This document shows, piece after piece, positions 52,327-64,000 of a DNA stretch of 64,000 nucleotides. The notes under the pieces were generated by a model. It worked only from the letters and a program-made list of their open reading frames with translations, searched no databases and had not been told where the DNA came from. Each line of letters opens with the position of its first letter. Within the stretch, counting starts at the first letter, position 1. This stretch comes from Octopus sinensis (Eukaryota): positions 49,600,001 through 49,664,000 of the forward strand of contig NC_043000.1 of the NCBI RefSeq assembly GCF_006345805.1. The letters are read 5' to 3'. Made by a program: the position numbers and the translations under genes.

Positions 52327-52349
52327 AATATATACACATGATATTTCTA

Positions 52350-52351
<2 letters not shown>

Positions 52352-52416
<65 letters not shown>
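52352..52416. repeat. Perfect (AT)n microsatellite
   Basis: About 65 bp uninterrupted. Confidence 0.95.
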
Positions 52417-52419
<3 letters not shown>

Positions 52420-53856
52420 TTGCACACACACATACATTTTCCTTATCATGAGTTTCTGCTTAGCATTTTAAAACTTGAATGGCTATGGATGTATCTGTCA
52501 CTTCTTATAGTAAGTTCAAAGAAAAGCGGAAGAAAAGTACATTTCTCTGGCTTTATTTCATAATTCCGTCATTTTTTTTAATAGACTTAAAAAGGTAGTG
52601 AAATCACTGTTTGGAAATCAAAATAATTTGCTGAAATTCTTTTGAAGTTTTCATGTCTTACTTTTATTGTTTTGTTTTGTGTTTTATTTATTTATTTATA
52701 TTGTTGTTCTTTTCTTTTTTTATAACTATTTTCTGTCAAAAAATGTGATTTATATTTTAATAACAAGATTACAAACTCAGTGTTGCAGAATGTAGAGTAT
52801 GATACCATCTTTAGTTTGTCACTGAACGGTTAATATAACATTTCCATCACCTGTACCTGATTTCAGATTTTTTTTTTTTTTTTTATCTTCAATTTTTTTT
52901 CTTCTTCCCAGTAAATATTTTTCACAGCCAGATTTTTTTCATGTACATAGGCTATACGGATACAGCAATTTAAACATGTATATAACTTGTTGCAAGCAGA
53001 TGTTTTACAGTTATTTGCAATTTTCCTCACCTAATACTTAACTATATTGCTGCAATAATACCATAATAGGATACAAAGTACAATATTAGAATCTGATATC
53101 TGATTGTTAAGTATGACCTATGATTAAGTGATCCAACTGTGACCATCCCATATGATTTCTGTACTACACTGCTGGAATACATACTTTCTTTTTTCAAGAT
53201 GTCATAAGAGAGATGTGGGAGAGGTGGCTGCTCATTCTAGCAGACCAAACAACTACACAGAGATCCCTTGTTAGACTCATAAGTCCTAAATATGCTGACA
53301 GGTGTATTGATGTGACCCACTTGTATTTTTGTTTTGTTTTTATTTTTTTCCAGATAAAGTACACGTAACATTAATTTATCCAATGTGTCCTTTCACTTTT
53401 AAGACGGTAGCATTTGATATAAGTGAGATTAGACTTCTATTTCTAGTAAGTGATAATGTGGAGACTCTTCCCCTTACTCACTGGCTCAGTGCATTATGTA
53501 TTTTGGTGGGTAAAGAGTTGCATTAGTTTAACCACTCTGCTTATTGCTTATGAAATATTTGTTATTTTTTCATTGCTCAGATTTTGAGGGAAAAAAATGA
53601 AATGTACGGGTTGATGATATTTTATAACAGGAGTAATTTACTCACTTCATAACAGCATGAAATTATCTAATTCTGTGACATATCTCGAAAGACTGCATTA
53701 AAGAAATGTAGACTATAAAGAATTTAGTACTCATATGGCAAGATTAATATTGGAGCTGGAGTTAAGCCAAGAAACTAAGTGTCACGTCTGTAGAGATTTC
53801 TATGAATTCACAGCTAGATTGCTATTTACAAAACAAAAAATAAATTGATAGGTAGA

Positions 53857-53903
<47 letters not shown>

Positions 53904-54394
53904 ATGTCACAAGTACTCAGACATTTGGAATAGAAATGCAAATATTCTATCCCTTGCTCTCTGCTGCTTACCATTACTTCTAACACCATCGCCATCATCT
54001 TGGAATGATGAAAGTTTAGTACTGAAAACATCTCCCAGAAAGTAAAATGTCTCAATTCAGATAAAGAATCAAAGAAATGGGACTATTTAAAGGAGAAAAG
54101 AAGGAGGAAAAAAATGGTAAAAAACTGCATCAAAGGAGAGGAAGGAGTGAGAGAGTGAGTGAGTGAGAGAAAGGGGTAGAGAGAGGGAGAGAAAGAGGAT
54201 AAAATTACCAGTAAAAGATCAAAGAACAGAGTGTGACTCTTTATACCTTTTTTTTTCTTTTTTATTTTGTATGCTAAATATATTTCCCTGATAAACTAGC
54301 TAACAAACTTGGTTATCAAATTAAGGTAAACAAAAATAAAAATAGAGCAAATGAAAATATTGAAAAAATAACATAGAAAAAGAACAATGATAGC

Positions 54395-54920
54395 AACAAG
54401 ATCTAAATATTAAACTAGCACCATAAAAAAATACGAGATGGGAGGAACCCTCTGCCCCCTGCTTCCTTCTAAATAAACAGCCAAATATCATCATCTTGAC
54501 ACCAACAACATCAACAAAATCCAAACAAGATATAAATAAATATTAAATAGCACCATGAAAATGGTATTGGAGATGGGAACTCCAACAACACCACCATGAC
54601 CACCACCGAGTAAACAACAAAAAAAAAAACAACCAAAAGTATCTTGACACTGCCACCACCACCACCAACAACAACAACATCAAAATCCAAACAAAATATA
54701 AATATTTAACTAACACCATGAAAAGGAAGTGCAGGCAGAGAGGGAGAGAGTGACAGAGAAAGAAAGAAAAACTCCCCTATCCCCCATATCTTAAACAAAT
54801 AAGTAAAACAACCAAAATTTTTTTTTGACACCACCACCACCACCACCACCACACCACCACCACCACCAACACCACCACCACCAGCAACAACAATAACAAG
54901 ATCCATACCATTTGAAAAAG
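54395..54920. repeat. Degenerate minisatellite with (ACC)n/(AAC)n cores
   Basis: Recurring GACACC...AAC...AA(G/A)ATC(C/T)A...TAAATATT...A(G/A)CACCAT(G/A)AAAA units. Confidence 0.5.
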
Positions 54921-54946
54921 AAGAAAGAAATGAAATGAAAATAAAC

Positions 54947-54990
<44 letters not shown>

Positions 54991-56607
54991 TATATATATA
55001 CATATACATATGTATACATACATATATAAATATGTATATATAAATAAAAACATACATATATGTATATATATATATATACATATATATGTATGTATGTATG
55101 TATATATATATATATATAAACATACATATATATGTATATTCATATGTGTATATATGCATATATTTATAAGTATATATATAATTATGTGTGTGTGTATGCG
55201 TATGTGTATATATATATATATATATATATAGAATGTATGTACACATGTGCGATATCATCCTGAAGTAAGTCATTTCTTGTGAGATACCATCATAGAAATT
55301 TTCAAACATACATTTCTAATAAAAGTAACTCTCAGCATAAATTTAGCATAAATTTCTACTAAAACTCACCGATTCGCAAGACCAACTTTCACAGCAAAGA
55401 ATTAATAACACTATCTGAAGAAACATGTCAAATAGAGCATGTAGAAAAAGTGTTTGGATAGAATTTGATTTATTTGTGTGTGTATGTATGTATATATGTG
55501 TATGTGTGTATGCAGGTGTAAGCTTGTGTGATATAGTAAGTGTGTATATGTAAGGTCCATGATAAATCAGTGTATGACTTTATGATTGGGTTCTTCCGTG
55601 TATTTATGTGTATACACACATACATGTATCTGTACTTGTGTGTGTGTGTGTCTTGTGCATGTATGTGCAGGTGTGTCTTGTGTATGTATGTGCATAGATC
55701 TGATTCAATGCCTCTGCATTTGCACCTGTCTTTATTTGTATATGCATGTATTTGAGTGTGTCTGTGTTAATTCATATGCGTATGCTTTATTGCGTGCATA
55801 AAAGATAGTGAGAAATATAGGGAGACAATGTTCATATGGTGATGCAAAATGTTTCCTTATCCTTATGTGCATGTGTGTGTGTCTGTGTCTGTGAGTGTAT
55901 GTGTGTGTGTGTGTGTGTGTGTGGTAATCAAAGCTGAATATGATATACATGTCTCTGGTTTGGTGTTTTATTACTGTTGTTCTTTTATTTCCATAGCCAA
56001 ATATGTCAGGCTAAAAATAGAAACTAAATCCAAAGCATTAATACAATATCTATTTACATTGAGATATTGTACAGATAAAAAAATCACAAGCAAACATCTC
56101 TCTCTCTCACTCTCTCAGCTCTTTCTGCTAGTTTTAGCAACTAGATGATAGGGTTGTTATTGGTTTTGTTTATTCCATACTTTTTAAATTGTATTCCTTA
56201 AACTCAAAAGAAAAGATAAAAAAGGCTAACAAATAGAATTTAAGCTCATGTGTCATGAAAAAGACAGCAAACATATGTAGCTGTATCTTCCACAAGAATA
56301 AAAGGTGAGAGACATAGTAACAGTCACAGAGTATCTAGGTGAATAAAACAGGCAACAGAGTGACAGAATCATTGAAGTGTTGGACAAAATGGCTCTGAGA
56401 TATTTGTTCCAACACTTAACATTCTGACTTTGAATCCCACAAAGGCCAACTTTACATTTCATCCTTCTGGTGACAATAAAATAAAGCAACCCTCCAGGTA
56501 GTGAATTGACAGAATCATTTATAGCATTGAACAAAATATCTTGTGGCTCTTTACATTGTGAGTTCAAGTCTTGTTGAGGGTTAATTATGTATTTCATCTT
56601 TCTTGGG

Positions 56608-57275
56608 CAGGGGTCAGCAAACTTCTGATATCATTGATCCCTTTGTGGAATCTTTGATAACTTACTGACCTAGATCATGTAAATTTCTAAAATGAAATTA
56701 AAAATGTAGAATTAAGAAAAAATTTCTTGATTTAAAAGCAATAATTCTATCATTCTTTTGTGTCATTACTACTTTTTAATAAGAAATATTTTAAGAAATT
56801 CAACAAAATTGCAAAGTGAAATTGATAAAGAACAATAAAAATTCAGTCGTATATTATATTGATACAGTCAGAATACTTAATGTGAAACATCTGTTCAGTA
56901 AATATTAGTTATTGCATCAATATTTGGTTGGAAATCAGTGAGTTTTAGTTTTAAATTACCATCCTCATGTAGATTCATTCCATTTCTCTCTGTTAAAAGT
57001 GAATTTGCATGGCTAAAAATCACTTAACCACACAGAAACTTGGAAACATAAAATAAAAGGATTTAACTGCTGGACTAAGCTTGAGGTACTTATTTTTGGT
57101 ATTTCTATTGCTTCAGTAATTTACTCAGACTTTTGCTTTTAAATAAAAATTCAGCTTTAAGATCCATACACATATCAAAGCGCTCATCTTGTAACTTGGA
57201 CTCAATGTTTGCATCTTCTATTTCCAAGTCAAACAGCTAGTTGACATCATACACTGATTTATCATAAACCTTACA
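56608..57275 (-). pseudogene. hAT (Buster/Charlie-type) transposon 3' end: transposase C-terminal fossil and TIR
   Basis: Minus strand with frameshifts: LFDLEIEDANIESKLQDERFDMCMDLKAEFLFKSKSLSK / KYLKLSPAVKSFYFMFPSF / FSHANSLLTERNGMNLHEDGNLKLKLTDFQPNIDAITNIY*TDVSH* (stop 56879-56877). This resembles the hAT dimerisation region ending in SH*. TIR-like CAGGGGTCAGCAAAC at 56608. Confidence 0.75.
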
Positions 57276-57963
57276 TGGATTGATTCTGTACTTAATAAAC
57301 CCTATAACAGGATTGACAAAGTGGGCCATATTGACCCTAGTGGAGTCTATGTGGATGTCCCAGGATTTCATAAATACTTAAAACAGTTTTGAGCATTAGA
57401 GGTGCTGAATTATCAGCAAACTGTTTTTTTTTCCAGCATGAATAAGATTCTATTGGGTTGTCTGGAAATTTTGTGACGATTTTTAAAGGAAAGGAAAAGG
57501 TCAATAAATACTTGCCATTACATTTTTAATCAACCACATATGAAGCGTTTTGTTGCACAATACGTCTCCATTGTTCCTTTAACTTGAAAATACCCTCTTC
57601 CCAGAATTGAAGTAGTGTCATGGCAAAAAATTCAAGGTATCTTTTTACGTCATCCAAGGAATTGAAATTTTTACCATTAAGACTATTCTGCGGTTCATAT
57701 GTGGTTGATTAAAAAAGGTAATGGCAAGTATTTATTGACCTTTTCCTTTCCTTTAAAAATCGTCACAAAATTTCCAGACAACCCAATAGAATCTTATTCA
57801 TGCTGGAAAAAAAAACAGTTTGCTGATAATTCAGCACCTCTAATGCTCAAAACTGTTTTAAGTATTTATGAAATCCTGGGACATCCACATAGACTCCACT
57901 AGGGTCAATATGGCCCACTTTGTCAATCCTGTTATAGGGTTTATTAAATACAGAATCAATCCA
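57276..57963. repeat. Long inverted repeat (fold-back): arms 57276-57544 and 57694-57963, 149-bp spacer
   Basis: By base-by-base reading the arms are reverse complements with about two substitutions and one indel. Confidence 0.95.
57451..57788 (-). mobile_element. mariner transposon 3' end, with the terminal ~92 bp present twice in inverted orientation
   Basis: 57693-57526 reads PQNSLNGKNFNSLDDVKRYLEFFAMTLLQFWEEGIFKLKEQWRRIVQQNASYVVD*, a typical mariner transposase C-terminus. ITR-like TA|TTGGGTTGTCTGGAAATTTTGTGACGATTT at 57451, with its reverse complement ending at 57788. Confidence 0.85.
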
Positions 57964-59494
57964 GAGTGGTATACTGATTAAATCATTAGAACATAGGGCA
58001 AAATACTGTGCAGTTAGTATTTGTGCTGGTTCTTTATATTGAGTTTAAATCTTGCTGAGGTCAATTTTACCAGTCATCCTTCTGGGGTCTACAAAATAAA
58101 GTATCAATTCAGTGTAGTAGGGTTAACAGAATCATTAGAACACAGGACAAAATTCTTTGTGGTATTTGTTTTGTTCTTTATGTTCTGAGTTCAAATCTTC
58201 TGGTTGATGAAACGTTTGCCAGTATACTGAAGGTAAATGTTTAGGTAGATGTTTCTGAAGACAGGAACCGAACTCAGCACTATAGAGCAATGAAACTTAG
58301 AGTGGAATTTTCAGTGCTCTCAGTGTTTACAGCAGCAAAATATACCAGCTGCATAGACATAGATGGAAACAATTTGTAAATTACATATCAAGACTAATGC
58401 ATTAAGAGGAAGATATGAACAGCTGAACACTTGGTTGCTTGTATTGAAATACTTTATCAAATTAGACGTCCATGCTTATATATTGTACTCTCTTTTGCTT
58501 GTTCTATTAAATAAGACACCGAAGATCAATCAGACAGTTTGGCAGGATTACTTTGCTCTTTCTAGAGTAACCTTCCCAGGACCCTATCTTGTCCTATGAT
58601 ACAGTACCTCACATTTTATGATTTTTATTTAAAAGTCTTTCAAGTTATGTACCAAACAACAGCTTATCTCTTTCGTTAACATATTTCTGTTAAACCACAC
58701 TGCCTTTGTTTCAATTAATATTTGAAAACAACGAAAAATTTAATAAAATAGTTTAATAAAATAGTTTTGCCAGTGTTTGAAACATAAATTAACATGAAAT
58801 TTAAACAGGAGGTTTTAAGTGAGATCGCTTTAAAACAGAAAGCTTCCATCATAGAATCAGTAGTGATCACAAGCATACTAGTATCAGAGGGGTTTTATTA
58901 AATCCCTGAAAATTCTTGATTATTTTGAAAATTAATTGAAATATATGAGCAGTGTATTTCACTAAAAAATGATAAAAGGTTAAAGCATGATTATTTTATC
59001 AAAAGAAAAACACTGCATATTAAAATTTATTGATGCAATTTTTTGGTAATAGTTATCGATAACCCTGTTTCCTATAGAAATCTTGGGCTTAAAATTAGAG
59101 CATACGCTACAAAATCAATCAATCCTGATGTTTATTTATGATAGATAATTTTGTGCAGTGTTCTTTCTCTCCTTCTTTCTTTCACTTCTTTTCAGTTTAA
59201 ACCAAGAATAAAATTCCTTTCATTTCTATAAAATAAGTATTAGAAATATACTGGGGTCAGAATTATAAACAATAGTTGTGTTTCGAGTAGAGTTTGACAT
59301 ACGTAATATAATTTAGTTGTAAAACTGACATTATTTACACGGTCAGTAAACAATATCTCTATCTAGAATGTGTTTAAAATCTAAAAGTAACAAACAAGAG
59401 AGATAAATCCAATAAAATCAATTATTTTTGGAAATTTTCAGAAAATAAAGACAATGCAGATGAGAATGGATCTTGTCCAACCAAAATAAAGCAC

Positions 59495-59945
59495 AGCCAT
59501 GGCTGTATGGTTAAGAAATTTGCTTCCCAGCTACATGGTTTTGAGTTCATTCTCACTGCATGGCACATTGAGCAAGTGTCTTTTACTATAGTCTCCACAT
59601 CAACCGAAGCTTTGTAAGTGGTTCTGGTAGATGGGAACTGAAAGAAATCAGATGTGTATATGTGCATTTGTGTATCCTTCTGAGCATGTGTGAGTGTGTG
59701 TGTTTGTGTTTCCCTGTCTCATGGCTTCATGTGAGAGTTGTATATGAGCATCACCATCGTACAAATGGTATCTTTTTCAATCTTCTAGGCAAATATGTCC
59801 TACCATGGAGAAATATTATGAAGCTTGGAAACTGGTGAGGGCTAGAGAAATTAAGGGCATCTTACCATAAAAAATCTGCCTGAACAAATTCTGTCTTACC
59901 TATGCAAGCCTGGAAAAGTGGACATTAAAATGATGATGATAATGA
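59495..59945 (+). mobile_element. Chimeric SINE: family A head with a family B-type (GAT)n tail
   Basis: Head and GGAACTGAAAGAA at 59495-59650 match family A; the end TTACCTATGCAAGCCTGGAAAAGTGGACATTAAAATGATGATGAT matches the family B tail. Confidence 0.6.
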
Positions 59946-59987
59946 CAATGATGATGGCAGGGAGGTATGAGGATGATGATGATGATG

Positions 59988-60057
<70 letters not shown>

Positions 60058-60095
60058 TTTTTATTATAATTTTAATAATTTAATTAATGAATGTT

Positions 60096-60256
60096 AGGTG
60101 CAGGTGTGGCTGTGTGATAAGAAGTTTGCTTGCCAACCACATGGTTCCAGGTTCAGTCTCACTGCACGTCACCATTGGCAAGCATCTTCTTCTATAGACT
60201 TGGGCTGACCAAAGCCTTGTGAGTGGATTTGGTAGATGGAAACTGAAAGAAGCCTG

Positions 60257-60295
<39 letters not shown>

Positions 60296-60510
60296 GGTGT
60301 ATCTTTGTGCATGTGTTTGTCCCCACCACCATTTGACAAATGGGGTTGGCATGTTTATATGCCCCTAACTTAGCAGTTCAGAAAAAGAGAGCAAAAGTAT
60401 AGGTACCAGGCACCAGGTTTTACAAAACATAACAAGTACTTGTCTCAATTTATTCAAATAAAATTCTTCAAGGCATGGCCACAGTCTAATGACTGAAACA
60501 AGAAAAAGAA
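60096..60510 (+). mobile_element. SINE family A, full length, moderately diverged
   Basis: Head, internal (TA)n, and a 3' module ending AATGACTGAAACAAGAAAAAGAA. Confidence 0.85.
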
Positions 60511-60544
60511 ACCAATGTGCTTTCATCCAAATTTGTTGCCCTAA

Positions 60545-60762
60545 CCCTTTAGTATTCAGGTTACTCTGCCAAATGTAATGCTTATTTATTCAGTGTTTTG
60601 AATTAATTACACATTATTTTGTAACTTCAAAATTTGAATGATGTGATTATTTAATATAACAATGACGTTGTAGGGTAGGTGTGAGAGACCAGATCTGACT
60701 GATCTGAACATAAAACAGGCAGAATATTTAGGCCAGATACAACCGGTTTCAAAGTCAAAGGG
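60545..60762. mobile_element. piggyBac-like MITE, copy 2 (218 bp)
   Basis: CTAA|CCCTTTAG ... TCAAAGGG|TTAA. Confidence 0.7.
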
Positions 60763-61215
60763 TTAAAATAGGGAATATAAACTTTAATGACAAAATTATC
60801 CCTATCTTTTTTTCTTTTGTTTTGAAGAGAGTAATAATTATCTTTGTTCCATGATTTCAATATAGTAAACTGCTTTTTTTTTTCATTTATTTTTTTCATT
60901 TATTTATTTATTTTTTTACTACTTTGTATTAATTTTTCTACGCTTGCATGATTGTTGGATTATTTATTTGCTGAAGCAATTATTTTTACAGTTGAATGCC
61001 TTTCTTATTGAAAACTATTCAACTATGAAATAGGAATGAAACCTCATTTTTGTTTAAAATTTTTTTTGTTCTTGTTCGGTCAAGCACAAACTGACTAAAA
61101 CAAATAAGGTTAGGTGGTTTGCTCAGAAACCATGGAATGGCAGTTGCAGGATTTGGACTTTAAGACCATGCAATGAAGTAGCTCAACTTTATAGTTATGG
61201 TCGCATTGAATTTAG

Positions 61216-61674
61216 CCCTTTAGCTTTCAAATTATTCCATCAAATTTAATGCTTATTTATTCACATTTGTCTTGAATTAATCATGCAAAATCTCATATGT
61301 TTGAGATTTTTAGGAATGGGATTAACCTGCAAGAGTCCTGCGCCAGTGCCACATAAAAAGTACTCAAGCTAGTTCCATGTAGCAGTGCTTGTGTGGTGCC
61401 ATGTAAAAGCATCCAGCACACTGTAAAGTGGTTGGCATAAGGAAGGGCAACCATGCCAAATCAGACTGGAGCTGGGTGCAGCTCTACAGCTTGCCAGCTG
61501 TGGTCAAGCCAGCCAACCCAAGCCAGCATGGAAAACAGACTTTAGATGAGATGATGATGATTATTTGTTTTCAGAATGACATTGTAGGGTAGGTGTGGGA
61601 GGCCAGATCTAGCCCAATTTAAATATAAAACAGGTGTATTTGAACCAAATATGACTGGTTTAAATGCCAAAGGA
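61216..61674. mobile_element. piggyBac-like MITE, copy 3, interrupted by a family B insertion (~61315-61560)
   Basis: TTAG|CCCTTTAG ... CCAAAGGA|TTAG; both halves align with copy 2. Confidence 0.65.
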
Positions 61675-62084
61675 TTAGACACAAGCTATCTCTGATCAAA
61701 CAAACCTATGATCAAAAATTTTCTGGACACCACTTTTCTGCCTGTTTCATATATTTAAAACTACCTTGTTCAATAAGCTCTCTTATATTTTTCTTTTTTA
61801 TGATGGTAGTGTGTAAATTTGAAAGGTAGATTTCTCTGCTCTTTCTTGCTAGAAAGAGCAGACAAATTTTGACAGATCATCAATTTTGAGGGGAATGATT
61901 TAGTCAATAAATTGAACCCCAGTAGATTACAGGGGACTTAATTTCATTGAACCCAGAGGAATGAAAAGTATAATTAACTTTGATAAGATTTGAACTCAGA
62001 GCATGAGGAGCTGGATCAAATGCTACAAGACATTATTTTCTGATGCTCTAACAATATTATTAAAACAATAATAATGGTTTCAGA

Positions 62085-62282
62085 TTTTTGCAAAAGGCCA
62101 GCAGTTTCAGTGAAGGTGATAAGTCGATTACATCAACCCTAGTGCTTAACTGGTACTCATTTTATCAACCCCAAAAAGATGGATAGCAAAGTCGCTCTCG
62201 GTGAAATTTGAACTCAGAACACATAGTCAGAAAAAATGTCTCTAAGCATTTTGTCTGGTACAATAATGATTCTGCCAGCTCT
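62085..62282 (-). mobile_element. SINE family C, diverged
   Basis: AAGTCGATTACATCAACCCTAGTGCTTAACTGGTACT...GAAATTTGAACTCAGAAC...TCTGCCAGCT. Confidence 0.7.
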
Positions 62283-62986
62283 TCAAAACAACAACAACAA
62301 CAACAACAATAATAATAATAATAATAATTTTTATTTGGCATAAAGCCAATTTTCTTGTAAGGAATGGTTGTAATCAATTGAGTTCTTTATAGCTTAATAC
62401 CGGTACTTAATTTATCAATACCAGATTGATGTAAGACAGGCAAATCCATACTCAGTGGAATTTGAACTCAAAACAGCAAGTTATTGAAATAGAAACAATA
62501 AAGCCTCCACTCCATCATGAATCTAATTCCATGGTCACAAGTGTACTTATTAGATTGCAAAGGGCTTTTGGTCCTCTGTTTGATATTCATAACATTTCTT
62601 TCGTGCAAGAGTATATCGATCAACAGTGTAACAATGGCATGCTTAAAGATGACAGACTTGTAGCTTCAGGATTAAAACAAAAACAATAACAGAAAGAAGA
62701 AAAACGAAGGAAAAACGAAACAGAGCAATCCTATATCAGCTCTCTACTAAATAAAGTATATTTAGGAAAAAAAAATATCAAAACAACAATAACAATAATA
62801 ACATCAAGATCTAAACATATTTTATTACAAAGACAACTATGCTTGAATTTTGAATAACAATTCACCCAGGAGATACCATAATAAAATCTTGACAACAATA
62901 TATATATATATGTATGTGTATATATATATATATATGTATGTGTACTTGTGAGTGTATATATATATATATTTGTGTGTGTATATAAT

Positions 62987-63018
<32 letters not shown>

Positions 63019-63874
63019 ATATATATACTTATACACACGCTCACACATACATATTCATATAGACATTTTTGGAACAAGAGAGCAAGTATTTTTTTAATTT
63101 TATTTAACATGAAAACACTTTTCTTTCCTTCAGACACAGACCTATAGATGTTTAAGTTGAACATCAACTCCATCTATATCAGCAGCCATGAAACAATAAA
63201 ATAACTCTACCCAGTTCACTAAATTACTAGAAATAACAGCTAAAGCTCCTTCTAATCACATCATACGAATAAAAAAAAACACACACATAATAAGGTAAAG
63301 AATATAAAAAAAAAGGGTAGCCTGAACAATGTAATCTTTGATACACACAAAGGCAAGATAGTCTCTACAGGAATGCTTCTGATTTGTCTAATAAAAGCTG
63401 CTGTAGGGTTAAGTAACAATGGTCTAACCAGCCTGCGAGAACTTGAAAAGATCATAGGCATTGCTTTTTTTCCTCTCCTCCATCTGCTTCTTCTCTTGCT
63501 CCTCCTACTCCTTCTTTGACTATATTTGAAAAATGTATTATGAAAGTGAATTTAAAGAAACATTTAGAAAAAAATTGGACGCCTACATTATTTAAATCCA
63601 GCTATATACCTGTGTGGCTAAGATGTTCGCCTCTCAACCATATAGTTTCTAGTTTGATCCAGTAGCATGGCACCTTCAACAAGTGTCTTCCACAATTAAC
63701 TTCTTACTATTAAGCAATGCTTTGTGAAAGAAATTTGGTAAACTGTGCAAAGACTAACAGTCAAGTGACTGAAACAAGTAAAAGAATAAAAGAATAAATA
63801 ATTTAAGGCAGTACCTCAACATAACCAGAGACGAATAACTGAGACAAGCAAATGATGTATATATATATATTTCA

Positions 63875-64000
63875 TCAACATCATCATCGTCATTAAACAT
63901 CCATTGTCCATGTTGGCATGGGTTGGACGGTTTGACCAGGGCTAGTAAGCTGAGGGGCTATACCAGACTCCAGTCTGATTTGGCATGGTTTCTCCGGCTG
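63875..64000 (-). mobile_element. SINE-like family B, running off the window end
   Basis: CATCATCATCGTCATTAAACATCC...CATGGGTTGGACGGTTTGACC...CAGTCTGATTTGGCATGGTTTCT. Confidence 0.8.

Overview
Eukaryotic, strongly AT-rich DNA crowded with microsatellites ((TA)n, (CA)n, (TAA)n). The repeat content resembles a coleoid cephalopod (Octopus-like) genome; that is inference from recognising the repeats and I could not run a search. I cannot support any host protein-coding exon, rRNA, tRNA or CRISPR array, and nearly all supplied ORFs are translations of microsatellites. The window reads as intron or intergenic DNA holding four SINE-like families, LINE fossils (CR1-like, R4/Dong-like RLE, RTE-like, RT fragments), two Penelope-like remnants with hammerhead-like motifs, piggyBac-like MITEs, and hAT and mariner fossils. 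Three observations stand out. (1) A ~99% identical 270-bp fold-back at 57276-57963 has duplicated the 3' end of a mariner, giving a TA-flanked unit with two 3' ends that looks like a newly formed MITE or a hairpin-RNA source. (2) A ~200-nt (CAA)n-tailed retroelement occurs twice (43788-43981, 48241-48443) with different target-site duplications, the same 5' end and a compensatory base-pair change in its 5' hairpin. (3) A consensus recursive splice site with a stop-containing RS-exon lies at 5708-5851. Repeat boundaries are read by eye and are approximate unless exact motifs are quoted.
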